Shown here one piece after another: positions 1-11,368 of a stretch of 63,888 bases of DNA (the first letter of the stretch is position 1; every line of letters starts with the position of its first letter). The position numbers were made by a program, and so were the translations under genes. The notes under the pieces were generated by a model. It searched no databases and was not told the origin of the DNA. It saw nothing but the letters and a program-made list of their open reading frames with translations. This DNA is from Klebsormidium nitens. Lineage: Eukaryota > Plantae > Klebsormidiophyceae. Location: NCBI GenBank assembly GCA_000708835.1, contig DF237017.1, forward strand, positions 140,987 through 204,874, in the 5' to 3' direction.

Positions 1-204
1 GAAGCACCTCAAATCAACTGCAGCTACCTGCACATCGTATGAGGAGTCGCAGGAGTCGCAACTTCAGAAGCTGTTTCAGGAATGTTTTTCTTAATTAGCT
101 GTTTGCACCATATGATTTCTGTTTTGTGGTGCGACTCTTTGAGTCCTGCTCATATGACGTCAGCCTTCCTTCCGCGACGTCATTCTTTGCCAAAATCCGT
201 ACAG

Positions 205-1566
205 GTCGTGCGCCTCCTGACAGACGACGAGTTTTTGGAGCAACGGACGGACCTCGATGCGCTCGTTTCGGAAGCCAGTACGTCAGGCGAGGAGGCGGAG
301 TTCCGGTCGTTTCGCTCGGAGCTGCGGAACCGCTCAAGGGCAACGGAACGGAAGTGGCTGATCCTGGAGTCTTGGCTGCTGCGCTGGCGACTGTCCCAAG
401 TCTCCGAGCCAGAGGCGATGCAGGTGGGCCGAGGTTTAGGTCCATACCGGTTCCGGTTCCGGTTCCGGTTCCGGTTCTGAATAATGCTTGAATGTTTCAG
501 TCCTCCTGGCACATTGGTTCATGTTCCGTTTGGTCAGTTCGGCGGACTTTCTTTCAGAACCTTCTGGTAGCATGCAAACATCCCGTGGTTGTGGTCTCCT
601 TTAATTCTGGCTTGTCAATTGGAGTAAATGAGGCCGTACCAAAGTTGATACTTTTTGGTAATTTTTCTCACAATGAAACTGGCCTGTCGATACATTCACC
701 TATTACGCACCGATCGTAGCCTTTCCTCCTCTTCATTTCCGCTACTCCCTTCGTTTCTCTTCGGTTCCCTTAATTCTTGCATGTGGTCTCCTGATGTCAG
801 CTGTTTCTGAAGTTACACAAAGACAATGAACGCACTACGAAAGGGAAAGCTGTGAAGCGTGTACCCGTGTCAGAACTTTAACGTCCGAGCTTTCCTTTCT
901 TTCTCGCAGAGGATCCTTGAAGACAACGGGGTAGCTTTTAGAACGTTCGTGGACGTGAATCGGGAGCTTTTGCCCGAAAGCAGCGGCGAGGAAGCAACGC
1001 GGAGTAACGAGCGCAAACGGACACGGCGGGGCCGGAAGCGGCGGAAACGGAAAAGCGGAACCCATTCGTCCGACAGCGACTCGTCTGAGAAGAGCGAACG
1101 AAACTCTCACAGTGAATCTGACGTCGAAACGCGCCATAGAAAAGAAAGGCGCCCAAAAAGCGCTGAGGGAGGTGGTGAGATCGAACGGAAAGGCCGGGGA
1201 AGCACCGATGGAGCAGATGGCGGAACGGATGGAACGGACGGAACGAGGACGCTGGCGGGCGCTGACGGGGTGTATCTTCAGACGGACGGATTTTCGTTCC
1301 GCTGGAGTTTGGTAAGTATTCAGAGACTTTTCTGTGGCGATGATCTTCTAAAAGGTGTGGGCAACTTTTCTCTATTGAAGCGTCGACGCTGGAGTCTGGG
1401 AGTTCTCCGATTTAGTATTGACGCTACGAAGGTCCAAAGCTTTGCCCGCATTGGCGTGTGCCGACAGAATAAGTTTGCGTTCTACCGCTTTCTCATGAAG
1501 GACACCAGCAAGTCCCACCAGCTGCTAAAGCTTTTAGACACTCTTGAAGCTCAGAGGCGGTTTTAG
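205..1566 (+). CDS. Hypothetical protein, 3' part of a spliced gene (exons ~205-423, 910-1311, 1432-1566) with a basic NLS-like stretch
   Basis: AG/GT-bounded phase-0 exons join in one frame (VVRLLTDDEF...AMQ / RILEDNGVAF...FRWSL / VQSFARIG...AQRRF*). Contains RKRTRRGRKRRKRK. No family recognised and the start is not identified. Confidence 0.55.
447..476 (+). repeat. (CCGGTT)5 microsatellite in an intron
   Basis: Five perfect hexamer units, 23 bp after the donor at 424. Confidence 0.95.
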
Positions 1567-3370
1567 TTGCGCTGGCCGCCGAATCAGTTTCCTGGCCTGG
1601 CGCAAGTTGAAGAGGAGCTTTGCCGAAGCTCGTAATAGTCGACGGGTTAAGCTTAAGGCTTTTTCCCCCGCTTCCGTGGTCTTGGGGTTCCGTCTATGCT
1701 TGCTCTTCGGCTTAAGCTTTGACGTTAGCCGCTAGCGCCGTGTCCTCTGGTCATTAACCTTGTCGTTGTACACCGCTCCATACCGGTCATACGCTCGGAC
1801 TTTCTGAGAGTGTCCATCAGGCGCGTCGGTTGCCAGAGGTTTAACCAAACCCTGAAGTTTTTTCTTGGCACCGTGCAGTCGGAGCTTCCCGACCATCTGG
1901 CGGAGCACAGTCTGGCGGTCTGGTTGGGCTGGAAAGACTGGGAAGTAACGCCGGCGGCGAACCCGGGGCCGCCACGTGGAAGCTGAGGAGAGACGCGGCG
2001 CTTAGATGCACACTTTGGTGGGCGTTGTAACACTTATTTGAGCGGATCCGCAGACCCAACGTAATCGGACCTTAGTCGATCTCAATATTAGAATCCTCGA
2101 GCTTCTTATGCCGGCATCTCTGGGTGGGAACTAGCGGGTGGGAACTAGCACGTTCGGGCTTTAGGCTTCCCTGTGACATTCATTTCATGCTCGAAGTATG
2201 CACGAGTGATCATGCCATATGCTCGTGGTAACAACATCTGTCGGTCTTTTCTCGCACATTATGTCAATTGCGCCCCTGCCCGAACGTTCCATTGCCCACA
2301 ATCTGACAAAATCAGGTGTTGGACAAGGTCTTGTGTGCATCATGTCTTGTTTCGTCCTCTTCATGTTTCTTGCGTGTCAGCCATGCGTCCGACCATGGAT
2401 TTGAAACTGCAGGCTTGATCCCTTGGCCCATTTGTGCTGGCGCACGTGTCTGCATGATGGGGCGCCGCCCCGGGCGATGCCGCGCGCCAACGTACCGGCG
2501 GGCCAGGTTCAGGTTCTTGCCGCCATCTTATGTACGGTGAGTCACGTTGACGTGCTACATATGCGCAGACGGCACGTATAGACATGAGGCCGGTGCAAAT
2601 TGATCGATCAGTGGATCAGAACACGGGTGTGCAGTAGACATGAATTACCTCCAAGTTCTGTACGATGGGCTCGCGAGCTCGCCGGCTAACAAAGATTGCC
2701 GCCATAACTTAATGAACCATGTCAGCGGTCGATGCAAGCTTCGCATGGCGAATGGTATTCAATGATCGGACCTAGCTGCAGATCATGCTCGACACACTCG
2801 CATGCTCATGCCCGATTTCGTTGCATGTCGAGGATTTCAAGGTAAATGTACCGTCCAGATCCAGTCAAAGCCAAAGGAGGAACGGCATGCCCTAGCATAA
2901 GTATAAAGTCTAGCGTCCATCCAGCTCATTAATTTCACCTGGCAGTTAGGCTAACGAAGCTACCGAGAGATCTCATGCATGTGCTTAAAATATAGTATGG
3001 CGTATATGTGCAATCACAACGATCGTCACCGGATCAATCAATTGAGGACGGTGACAACGGAGATTTGAGAGAGGCCGAGATGAGGCGCATGTCAAATCTT
3101 TGCCCTTGCGTGAAGTCCGCCATCCCTGGCAATCTATTTTTACAGACTACGCTCCCACCCGTTGCGTGCAGCGGCATGTCCTCGGCTTCAGCCATTCCCA
3201 CCAGCAGAAGCAAGCTCGTATCTACCTTCCTAAACTAGTCTGTTTCTAAGCGAGCTGAGATGTCCCTGAAGGCGTTTGATACCCTAACGCTCTGAACCCA
3301 AAAGTTTCGAACCCATAACCTATAATCTCAACCGCTACAACCCTAACTCTAGATACCAACATACACTTAG

Positions 3371-3517
3371 CTACACAGCGCCAGACGGAAGAGCAACCTT
3401 GACTTCGGGCTCGTGCGCGCGCGCGCGCGTCGGGCGCGCCGTGCGTGACGGCTGGTTCTGGACGCTCTGGCCGACGCCCTGATCCGCTGCCTGGGTCCCG
3501 GTCCGCGCGGACGGTCC
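3371..3517 (-). other. Vestigial coding tail of aquaporin A: 48 open codons after the premature TAA
   Basis: Translates GPSARTGTQAADQGVGQSVQNQPSRTARPTRARAHEPEVKVALPSGAV*, homologous to the last exon of paralogue B (11369-11518). Confidence 0.8.
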
Positions 3518-6500
3518 TTACTTCTGCAAATAAAGGACCTCTAGATTGTCGCCCTCTTTAGTCCAAAATCGCGCGTCCCCACCCTTTCCCGCGACTCCTC
3601 TGGCACCTTTTTCAACTCAGTACAAAGTTTCCGTTTCTTGGTCTTACCTTTCAGTGCCTGAAGCCGTGGTGGTCAAAAGACCTTTGCTGAATTCGGCGTC
3701 CCGAGGAATGTATCTCTGTGAAAAATTGCTGATAGTAGCAAAACAGCGAGCCGACTTTCTCCCAACAGAACAGTCTAAGCCAAACGGTTTAAAACCGATT
3801 GGGAAATACGGACGGCCAGAAGGCGTCTGCACGAGCGTTGACATTGATCACCCGGATATCATGCAAGCAGCCGACGACTGGTTGCAAGCTTGAGGCAAGG
3901 GGGTAAGACACCGGAACTGAAGGGTATATATTAATTGCAATAATACAATATTTTTCTGAAAAACGATCCCGCTCCCGTACCTCAGTGTCGTTCACATCTG
4001 CCTCGTCTCCTTTCTTGCGCGCGCAGAGGAAGACGAGCTCGTACGCCAGCCCAGCAATGATGCCACCCCCAATAGGACCTGACGGGAAGAGAAACACTGC
4101 CCTGTAACACTGAAAACCGAAGGCTTGATGTGCAAAATTCAATCAAAATCCCGAGAATGAGGCCAGGACTGGGTACTAAAACCTTTTCAGTCTACTTTCG
4201 TGGAATTTTGTGCTCGGGAAACTGGTCAAAGATATGAAGCGACCTTTGGCTTCACTACATGTAGCATAATACTTCCTCAGGTTCTCTCGAGAAAGAGCAG
4301 CTCATTGTTCAAAAACTTCCACCGCTTGGAGCAACCGGCCGCTTACTTGACCGATCAAAGCCCATAGCCTTTGTACGCTTTGCTCGATCATAGGAGACGC
4401 CGAAGTTTTGTCAACTGCATTTCTTCTCGCGCTTGCCTCGCAAAGAAGGTTCGCCCGTTTAGAATTCAGCAAGCGATGGGAGACGTGAATCTGCTCACCA
4501 ATCCAGTAGAGCCAGTGCTGGCCATGCCTCCACCTGAGTGGACAAAGGCGAAGGCAAAAAATTCTGTACGTGGTCAGATTTTGTATCCCATTAGTGCTCA
4601 AACGGTGGAATTCAGAGAGTCCTTGGGTTCTTGCACGATCGCTGACTCGCAGGATGTACAAGAAGTCAAAAAAGCGAAGGACAAAGGGAGACGCGGGGGC
4701 GACGGCGAAAGGAAGAAAGGAGATCTAGAGCTTTCGCTCAGAAGCATGTCTGTTTGTAGAAAGATTGTGCGGATTGCCAATCGTTGGCAGCCCTCTTTTC
4801 AGAGTTTGCTTCGAATGATCCGCTTCGGCGGTCCTCGATAATCCTTCTAGTCAATGCGGTGGTATTTTCAGAGAAAACGCAAACTTATAGGCTTGGCAGC
4901 ACTGAACATTTCCTCAGTGCGCGGGTTGGTTCAAGAGGTAGGTTTCAAAAGCTTTTCCGCTGCATAGAGAAGAATTTGAAATTGCCCGCGCGCGCTCACT
5001 CCCCAAAGACGACGGACGGTCCGAAGCTGAGCACGGGGTCCGTGAAGCTCGTGAAGCGCGCCGCGCAGATCGTGGTCCCGGCCACGATGAAGCCGTCCGG
5101 AATGGGCGCCAGCGGAACAGCCTTCTCTTTTTCGGCCATGGTACCGAGTATGACGAAGATCAGGGCGAACGTGACAATTGTCTCCATCAGCCAGCCCTGC
5201 AAAATGACACGTGGCAGCTTGCGATCGGCTTGTGAGGATTATTTTCCAATGACGTATCGCCGTTGCTGTGAACCGCCGTGCCAGCCCTGCGAAGTGACAC
5301 GTGGCAGCTTGAAATCAGCTCGGAGGGAACTTTTCCAGTGAAGCATCGCCCTTTTCTGCGTACCGTCGTTCTAGAGACAGGGGAAACGCGCGAAGGGTGT
5401 CGTGGTCTTCGTGAAAAAGCCGTCCTGGAACCATGGGGCAGTACAAGACGAAGTCGACTAAGTCACTTCGAACAAGGAAAGCTGTTAAATGCATAAACGA
5501 TTGCGGAGGCACGGCGCTGACTTCGAAGGACGGGGATCACTCTGAGCATGAGCTTGTTTTCAATTGAGAATCACTTCGTTTCACTTCAATTCGGTGATTG
5601 CGTGATAGCTGACCGCTTCTATGCGCCCGCTCCAAGAATGAAAGAATTCAGAAGAGACTAAGCAAAGGGCAGATAAGAAGAGCACACAATTGTGAATACA
5701 GACCAGATTGTCCGTAAGGATCGGGACGCAGAAGAATCTGTTCGAATCAGACACGAACCAAGCCCATTTCAAAGTGCGGTAGAATCCACTTCTGAAGGTC
5801 CTAAGCCGCTTCAAACATGCTTTAAAGCGGCGAAGCATAATGTTGCAAGGCTGGCTTTGCACAGACCGGCTTTGCACAGGCTGGTTTGCGGCTCACGTGC
5901 GGGCCACAGCAAACAAGTAGCAGAGACATGGGTTCTCTACCATCCTGACACTCACGGTGCTGTGCAAGAAGCGGATAAACGAGAGAGGAATAAAAAGACG
6001 TCCAAAGTTCTGTATCAATTGACCTGAGCTCTGGTGACTCCGTGTGCCAATGCGGGGACACCCCCCCGCGCGGGTCCGTGCCCCAGCAGAGAGTTTGGAA
6101 TGGCGGCTCTTAGGAACGCCGCACCTAGGATAGAGCCCACCAGCTGCATCCAACGCTGACACTCTATATCAGTAAGTATGGAGATATTTTCCATGTAATC
6201 CAGTTTATTTACAGTATCAGAAGTCAGTCGCCATCGAATGGCGGAGTCCAATCTTGTGAAACAGCAGCCAAACAGCCTTTTTAATACACGTTCCTCTTTC
6301 ACGGGGTTTTCCACAAATCTGGTCCAAATTCAAGAGTTGGAGACCTTTAATCGAAGACCTGCAATCGCAGGCCTTGAACAACTTTCGATCGCGTGATGTG
6401 AATCGAGGAAAGATTGGCCAGGGGGAATTTCCGAGAGTTGTTTCCAATTGCCTCAAAGTGCCCGGTGATTGTGTACCGGGCAGAGAAGACACCCACTTGA

Positions 6501-7919
6501 GCGCTGATGTAAGCGGCCGTTCTGAGGAAGCTCATATTCCCGGTGACGAAGAACGCCGCCGAGACAGCCGGGTTGAAGTGCCCCCCCGAAATGTCGGCAA
6601 AGGTCGCCACGATAGCGACCAGCGTCAGCCCATACGCGATGCTTTGCGCGACAAAACTCGCGTCGGTTGTGACGGTGCCCCCATTGGTCTCCCGGGGCGT
6701 TCCTGCATTCGTCAGAGAAGTACAGTAGTTAACGGTGGTTTGGGACTCTGTTCTTATCCACATCAACACAGAGCGAGGAAATTAACCAGGCCCTGGGTCA
6801 AGCAAAACAGTTTCTCACCCGGAAAGTCGAGACTTTTCAAACCCTATAGACCTACTATGCTACAGGCCCCTTCTGAAAGCCTCTATCTAAAGCCTCGGAA
6901 GTTCTCAGAAGAACTGCGGCTGCTAGCTCGGTCCTTCATTGTCCGCGAGCGGTGGCCAATTATGGAGATCCTGATCTAGCAGATTGCTAACTTCTTAAAG
7001 ATTGCAGATGTCTTACAGAGGACGTTGACCGCCTGCAAGGACAATCTGTCTCTCGATTCAGCAGAATGTTTTTCGCCGCCCCTAGACTGCATCTTCAAAG
7101 AGCTCGCAAAATTGAACAGAAACGTGACCGTGAAATGAGAATATGCGTGGTCGACCCTGTCCATGTTTCAGCCGCTGATTTCGGAACTGAGGGCCACCTA
7201 ATTTTGGCAGTTGTGAGACTGACTTTTATCATCAATCGAGAAGAGCTCTCAAACGCCCCCAAAAATCTCTCTGATCAATCGTCTAGCAGATCTACACAGG
7301 CGGGAAGTTAAAAGCGTGGCTAACCAATCAGAAAAGGCTCCTACTACTATCGACTCGGGTTAAAATCTGGATCCAGTTGGCACCCAAAGAATTTGGAGGA
7401 CTTTTGCCGCCTCTTTAGCCTGGCTCAGGTGGTAATCTAGTCAAATGAGATTGGACTAAGCTGTCCTTTCAATTGAAGAATCGCTTGCATGCACCAGGGT
7501 AAAATCCCTTCGTTTTCGAAAGTCTTTTGCACGACGTCTCAAATACAATGAGATGGGCACCACTTTTGCCTGCGCACTTGATTTGGAAAGTTTGTCCCGA
7601 TTCTGGTGGCATCGGAGTTATGTTCCATTGAGCAGTCAAAGTAGCGCCTCAAAGGAAAACCTCGATTATCCCAGATTCTCGGAACCGGCGCTTCATGGAA
7701 AGAATGCGGCATAGTGCAATAAGCCTTCAAGCACACTGCGGCAAATAATGAAGAGACATGGGCCACGCGATTACCTGTTGAAATGGTTGAGCCCACCCCA
7801 ACAAAGACGAACAGCGCCGTACCCAGGAATTCTGCCAGAACCGCTCTAGCAATGTCGCCGGAATGGTTCCAATGCTGCTTGTCTATCTTTCCAAACCTGG
7901 GCGTTTTGAGGTGTGCCAT
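3518..7919 (-). CDS. Aquaporin/MIP (TIP-like) paralogue A, atypical, 268 aa; exons 7919-7775, 6702-6497, 6143-6024, 5196-5000, 4533-4499, 4078-3981, 3523-3518
   Basis: AEFLGTALFVFVGVG, ISGGHFNPAVS and HWLYWIGPIGGG motifs. All introns are GT-AG with consistent phases. The second NPA box reads DPVL. TAA is the second codon of the last exon. Confidence 0.9.
5191..5311 (-). repeat. Duplicated acceptor and exon-4 start of aquaporin A (period 90 bp)
   Basis: ccagccctgc-aaaa-tgacacgtggcagcttg at 5191 and ccagccctgc-gaag-tgacacgtggcagcttg at 5281. Confidence 0.85.
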
Positions 7920-8167
7920 GCCGCGTGGAGTCCTTTCGAAGTAGCTAATCTGTCTCCTCTTTCTTCGTGGTGAACATAAACCAAAAGACGATATCGTTCT
8001 TTCCAGACGAAGCTCCATCAGTGTCAAAATGTAAACCCTTCGAGATTTGGTGCACGAGTTTCGCTTGCATGCGCAAGGACGTGCATGTACGGTTCAAATT
8101 GTGACAGAGCCACTGAATCCATCATAAGATCTTACAGAGTTGGGTTGTGCGATAAGTCGCGCAAAGG

Positions 8168-8352
8168 ATGACGGACTAATTTGGGTATAATAAGAGCCAG
8201 GTATAACAAGCTCCAACTAACACTAAAAACCTAACCCAACAATCTACCCGCTCCGCACCCGTACCCACCCTAACCCCCAAACTAACCCCACCCGTCCCAG
8301 GCTGGTGAGCTTATTATACCTGGCCCTTATCATTCCTAAATTAGTCCGAGCT
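8168..8352. mobile_element. MITE-like element (185 bp), Mutator-like by TSD length
   Basis: Imperfect ~44-bp terminal inverted repeats (cggactaatttgggtataataagagccaggtataacaagctc vs reverse complement cggactaatttaggaatgataagggccaggtataataagctc), flanked by the 9-bp direct repeat gcgcaaagg (8159-8167, 8353-8361). Confidence 0.75.
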
Positions 8353-8796
8353 GCGCAAAGGCACTACTGTCGATGACGCGGCGAGTAAAGCATCTCAGCT
8401 TGAGGTATTTTGAGACCTGTGGCGCTATTGGGACCGCTCTAGGAGAGAAGGATTCAAGAGCGCGCGTTAGCTGGTCATCTTTCAAGCTAGAAAGAGTGCG
8501 TCAAAGCAGGATCCTATGTCCATTCTCAATACTTAAGCGTGTCAAAGGAGCTGTGGGTTAAGTAGGAAAAGAGGTTCACGCGGATGCAAGGAATCCAGCG
8601 CATGTGCATGCGCAACATGTCTGCTTGCTTTTTCTGAGCTGCATTCTAAGACGGCAGTCGGTCGTCACACGCACAATCCATTTGCAGAAAGTAAGACCAT
8701 CAGTAGAGAGCCAACCCCTAGAGATCAGGATTCAAAAGTTTGATGAGACAGCTGAGGTGTCTTAGATCCCTTGATTGATCCGCGCATCGAGGGAAA

Positions 8797-10282
8797 ATGG
8801 CAGGCCGTTTGGACATGGAACAGATTGTGCAAAAGCTGAAGTCAGAGCGCGGAGAAGAAATCACGGAAGCCTTGCAGACCTTGATTGCATATGAGTCAGA
8901 CTCAACCAGGCTCAAGGAAAGAAGAATTTTGCAGGAGCTCACACTCATAGAGAACGGGAGAGTGTACGTGAAGCTGCTGAAGCAGATGTTTTGCTGTCCG
9001 CCAGATAAGGACGCAAAGGAAGAGCAGGAAAGATTGGGATTCACTGAGCTTGACGGGGCTCACCTAAGAGGTTCATCCACCCGAGCGCTTCTGCACATGG
9101 CTCGATCCAAGGTCGTGGCCGACTTCTTGACAGCACACTCTGGAGCGAAAGAGATGCTGCACAACGTTCTTCTCACAATTCTCGAACAAAAGATCATCTC
9201 GAAAATGGATCAGGGGTCAAGCAGTGTCGATCTTCACCTGGTGCTGGACGTCTTCTTGGGCTTGGTTTCTTTCGTGCGGACCAGCAGGGAGTTCAGGAGC
9301 ATCATTATCTCTCGCGGCGAGATCATTCAGGCCGCTAAGTGGATCTTTAGCCCTGGATTCTCAGCAATGGCAGATCCAGCAGCTGAAGTGTTCTTCCTCA
9401 GAGAAACCATAGCTCTCTTTCTGTCGATGGTGTCAAGATACCCGGAAACCCACGACTGGTTGATTGATCAGGGGATAGTAGAACTTGCCTCCCAGATGTA
9501 CAAGATGCAGGAAAAGACGCCGGGAGAATCCGGGGATAGGATCAAGAGACACATTCCCCTCTTCTTCTCCAACATCATCTGGCAGGAGAATGGCAGAAGA
9601 AGGCTCAGAGAAACCGGGGCTTTCAGCAAGCTGTCAGAGATTTCCGCCCTGATTCAGAAGGCACACAGATTCGTTCCTTTGTGGATGCTCTTTGAAAAGG
9701 TCCTGCGCGACGGAGAGGATTCGTGGCTAGGAGAGCCAGTCATTCTGAAAATGCTCGGGAAGATGCTGAAAAAGGAAATTGGAGACGCAGCCGTATGCTC
9801 TTTCCCAGGATGCGACGCTGTAGAGGACTTCGAACAGCCTTTCAGCAGATGTGCCCGCTGCTGCCGCGCTCCATACTGCAGGCGAGTGCAAAGCAGACTT
9901 GTCTATCGATTTTTTAGAGTAGAAAACACGTCCTTGCGCCTCTTCTAGAGCTCGGCCCTCTGATGTTTGGGAGAAACCCAAGGTGACGAACAATGAAAAG
10001 CATTGAAGACTTGGAGCAGTACTACTGATACAACAGACTCATGTCTGTTCACTGGATGCTTCGGTATTGCTTGTTTTCTCTGATCCAAGTCAAGTAGATA
10101 CTCAAGGCAAGAGCCTGACTGCTACTCATTGCTCTCTTGTTTTCTCATGCAGCAAGAAGCATCAGAAAGCTCACTGGCCTACGCACAAGGTGGTATGCCG
10201 TCCGCTGGACAGCAGCCTGGTCAAATTCCGCTGGACCTTAGATGACTCCATGAACATCGATTTCATATCCTGTTCTTCGTAG
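8797..10282 (+). CDS. MYND zinc-finger protein with a helical (ARM-like) N-terminus; exons 8797-9881, 10153-10282
   Basis: Long ORF ending CSFPGC...CARCCRAPYC joins through an intron (GC donor gcgagt) to SKKHQKAHWPTHKVVC, completing the MYND signature. Confidence 0.85.
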
Positions 10283-11368
10283 CTCAAAGGTTGCAGCTAC
10301 ACTTCGGTTTCCATACCTTTGCAGATGACCTCCTTGATTTAGTTCGACGGGGGGGAGATTGGAAACATGATCTGTTTGGGGCTTGCTGGAGAATTATTCA
10401 TCCTTACTTGCTGGATAGAGCGCACTCAAGAATCGTAATCTTTCCTGCAAGCGGCAGAACGGTGATCAACTTGGATCACGTCTAACTTGTCAAAGACATT
10501 CCACGAAAGGCGGCAGCTGAATTGGTACAATGATTTTGGCGGAATGATATATAAGTTGGCAGCAGCATGGAGTATTTCTTGCTTGTCCGACCATCTTCTC
10601 CGCTTGCAACTGCGTGTAAGTACTGAACAGCGGATCCGTTTTGCGAGCACTTTAGTATCATGCAACCGACCATATGTATGGACACGTAGTAATCAATGTT
10701 TTCCTTTGAGCTCGCGTTGATATCTGGCCAGAGGTCGCTGTCAGACCCATGAATGCGTAGCAATCGACCTGCAGATTGCATGCTATCAAACATCCTTCAC
10801 GTACTATCGATATAACCGCCTCCTGATGCAAGACTGAACATGCGGGATCAAGCTAAGACCTACTGTACTATTGCGATCTTTGAAGAGGGCCCGCCCTACA
10901 GTAGTCGTTCAAACTTTCCTTAACTCTGTGTTCATCCAGCAGTCATGTCACCAGATGTTTCGTGGATGAACTCGAAGCTAGCCGCAGAAAGTATGTGCTC
11001 ATATAGCGTGTGCGCGGTTTCATGCGGTCGCCTCGCGATTGTTTCAAGTAGGAGACACCGGATATATACGCGGGTAAAAGTCGTGACGCCTTTCAAACAT
11101 GTACGTCTCGTGACAAGATCCGCCACTCCTCAGACCGGAAAAAAAGTCTGTTTATTACCACATACTGAGTTTCCTTTGCGGACCTTGGAGCATCTTATAT
11201 CCTCGGCGCCGGCACGCTCTAGCTTGTTTACCTTCTCTCAATCTCTTTGCTACCCTAATTCCTCGACTCCTAATCTCTCAGTCTCGGAGCGCCCGTCGCC
11301 TTTCTCAAATATTATCACCCATCACCCTCCAAACCTAACACCTTGGAAATTGTCCGGACCAATTGTAG

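Noticed and set aside
1312-1431. In-frame, stop-free 120-nt intron (exitron-like) with a faint donor echo at 1387
   Set aside because: A 40-codon stop-free stretch is unremarkable at this GC content, the echo is too short to be significant, and the gene model is uncertain.
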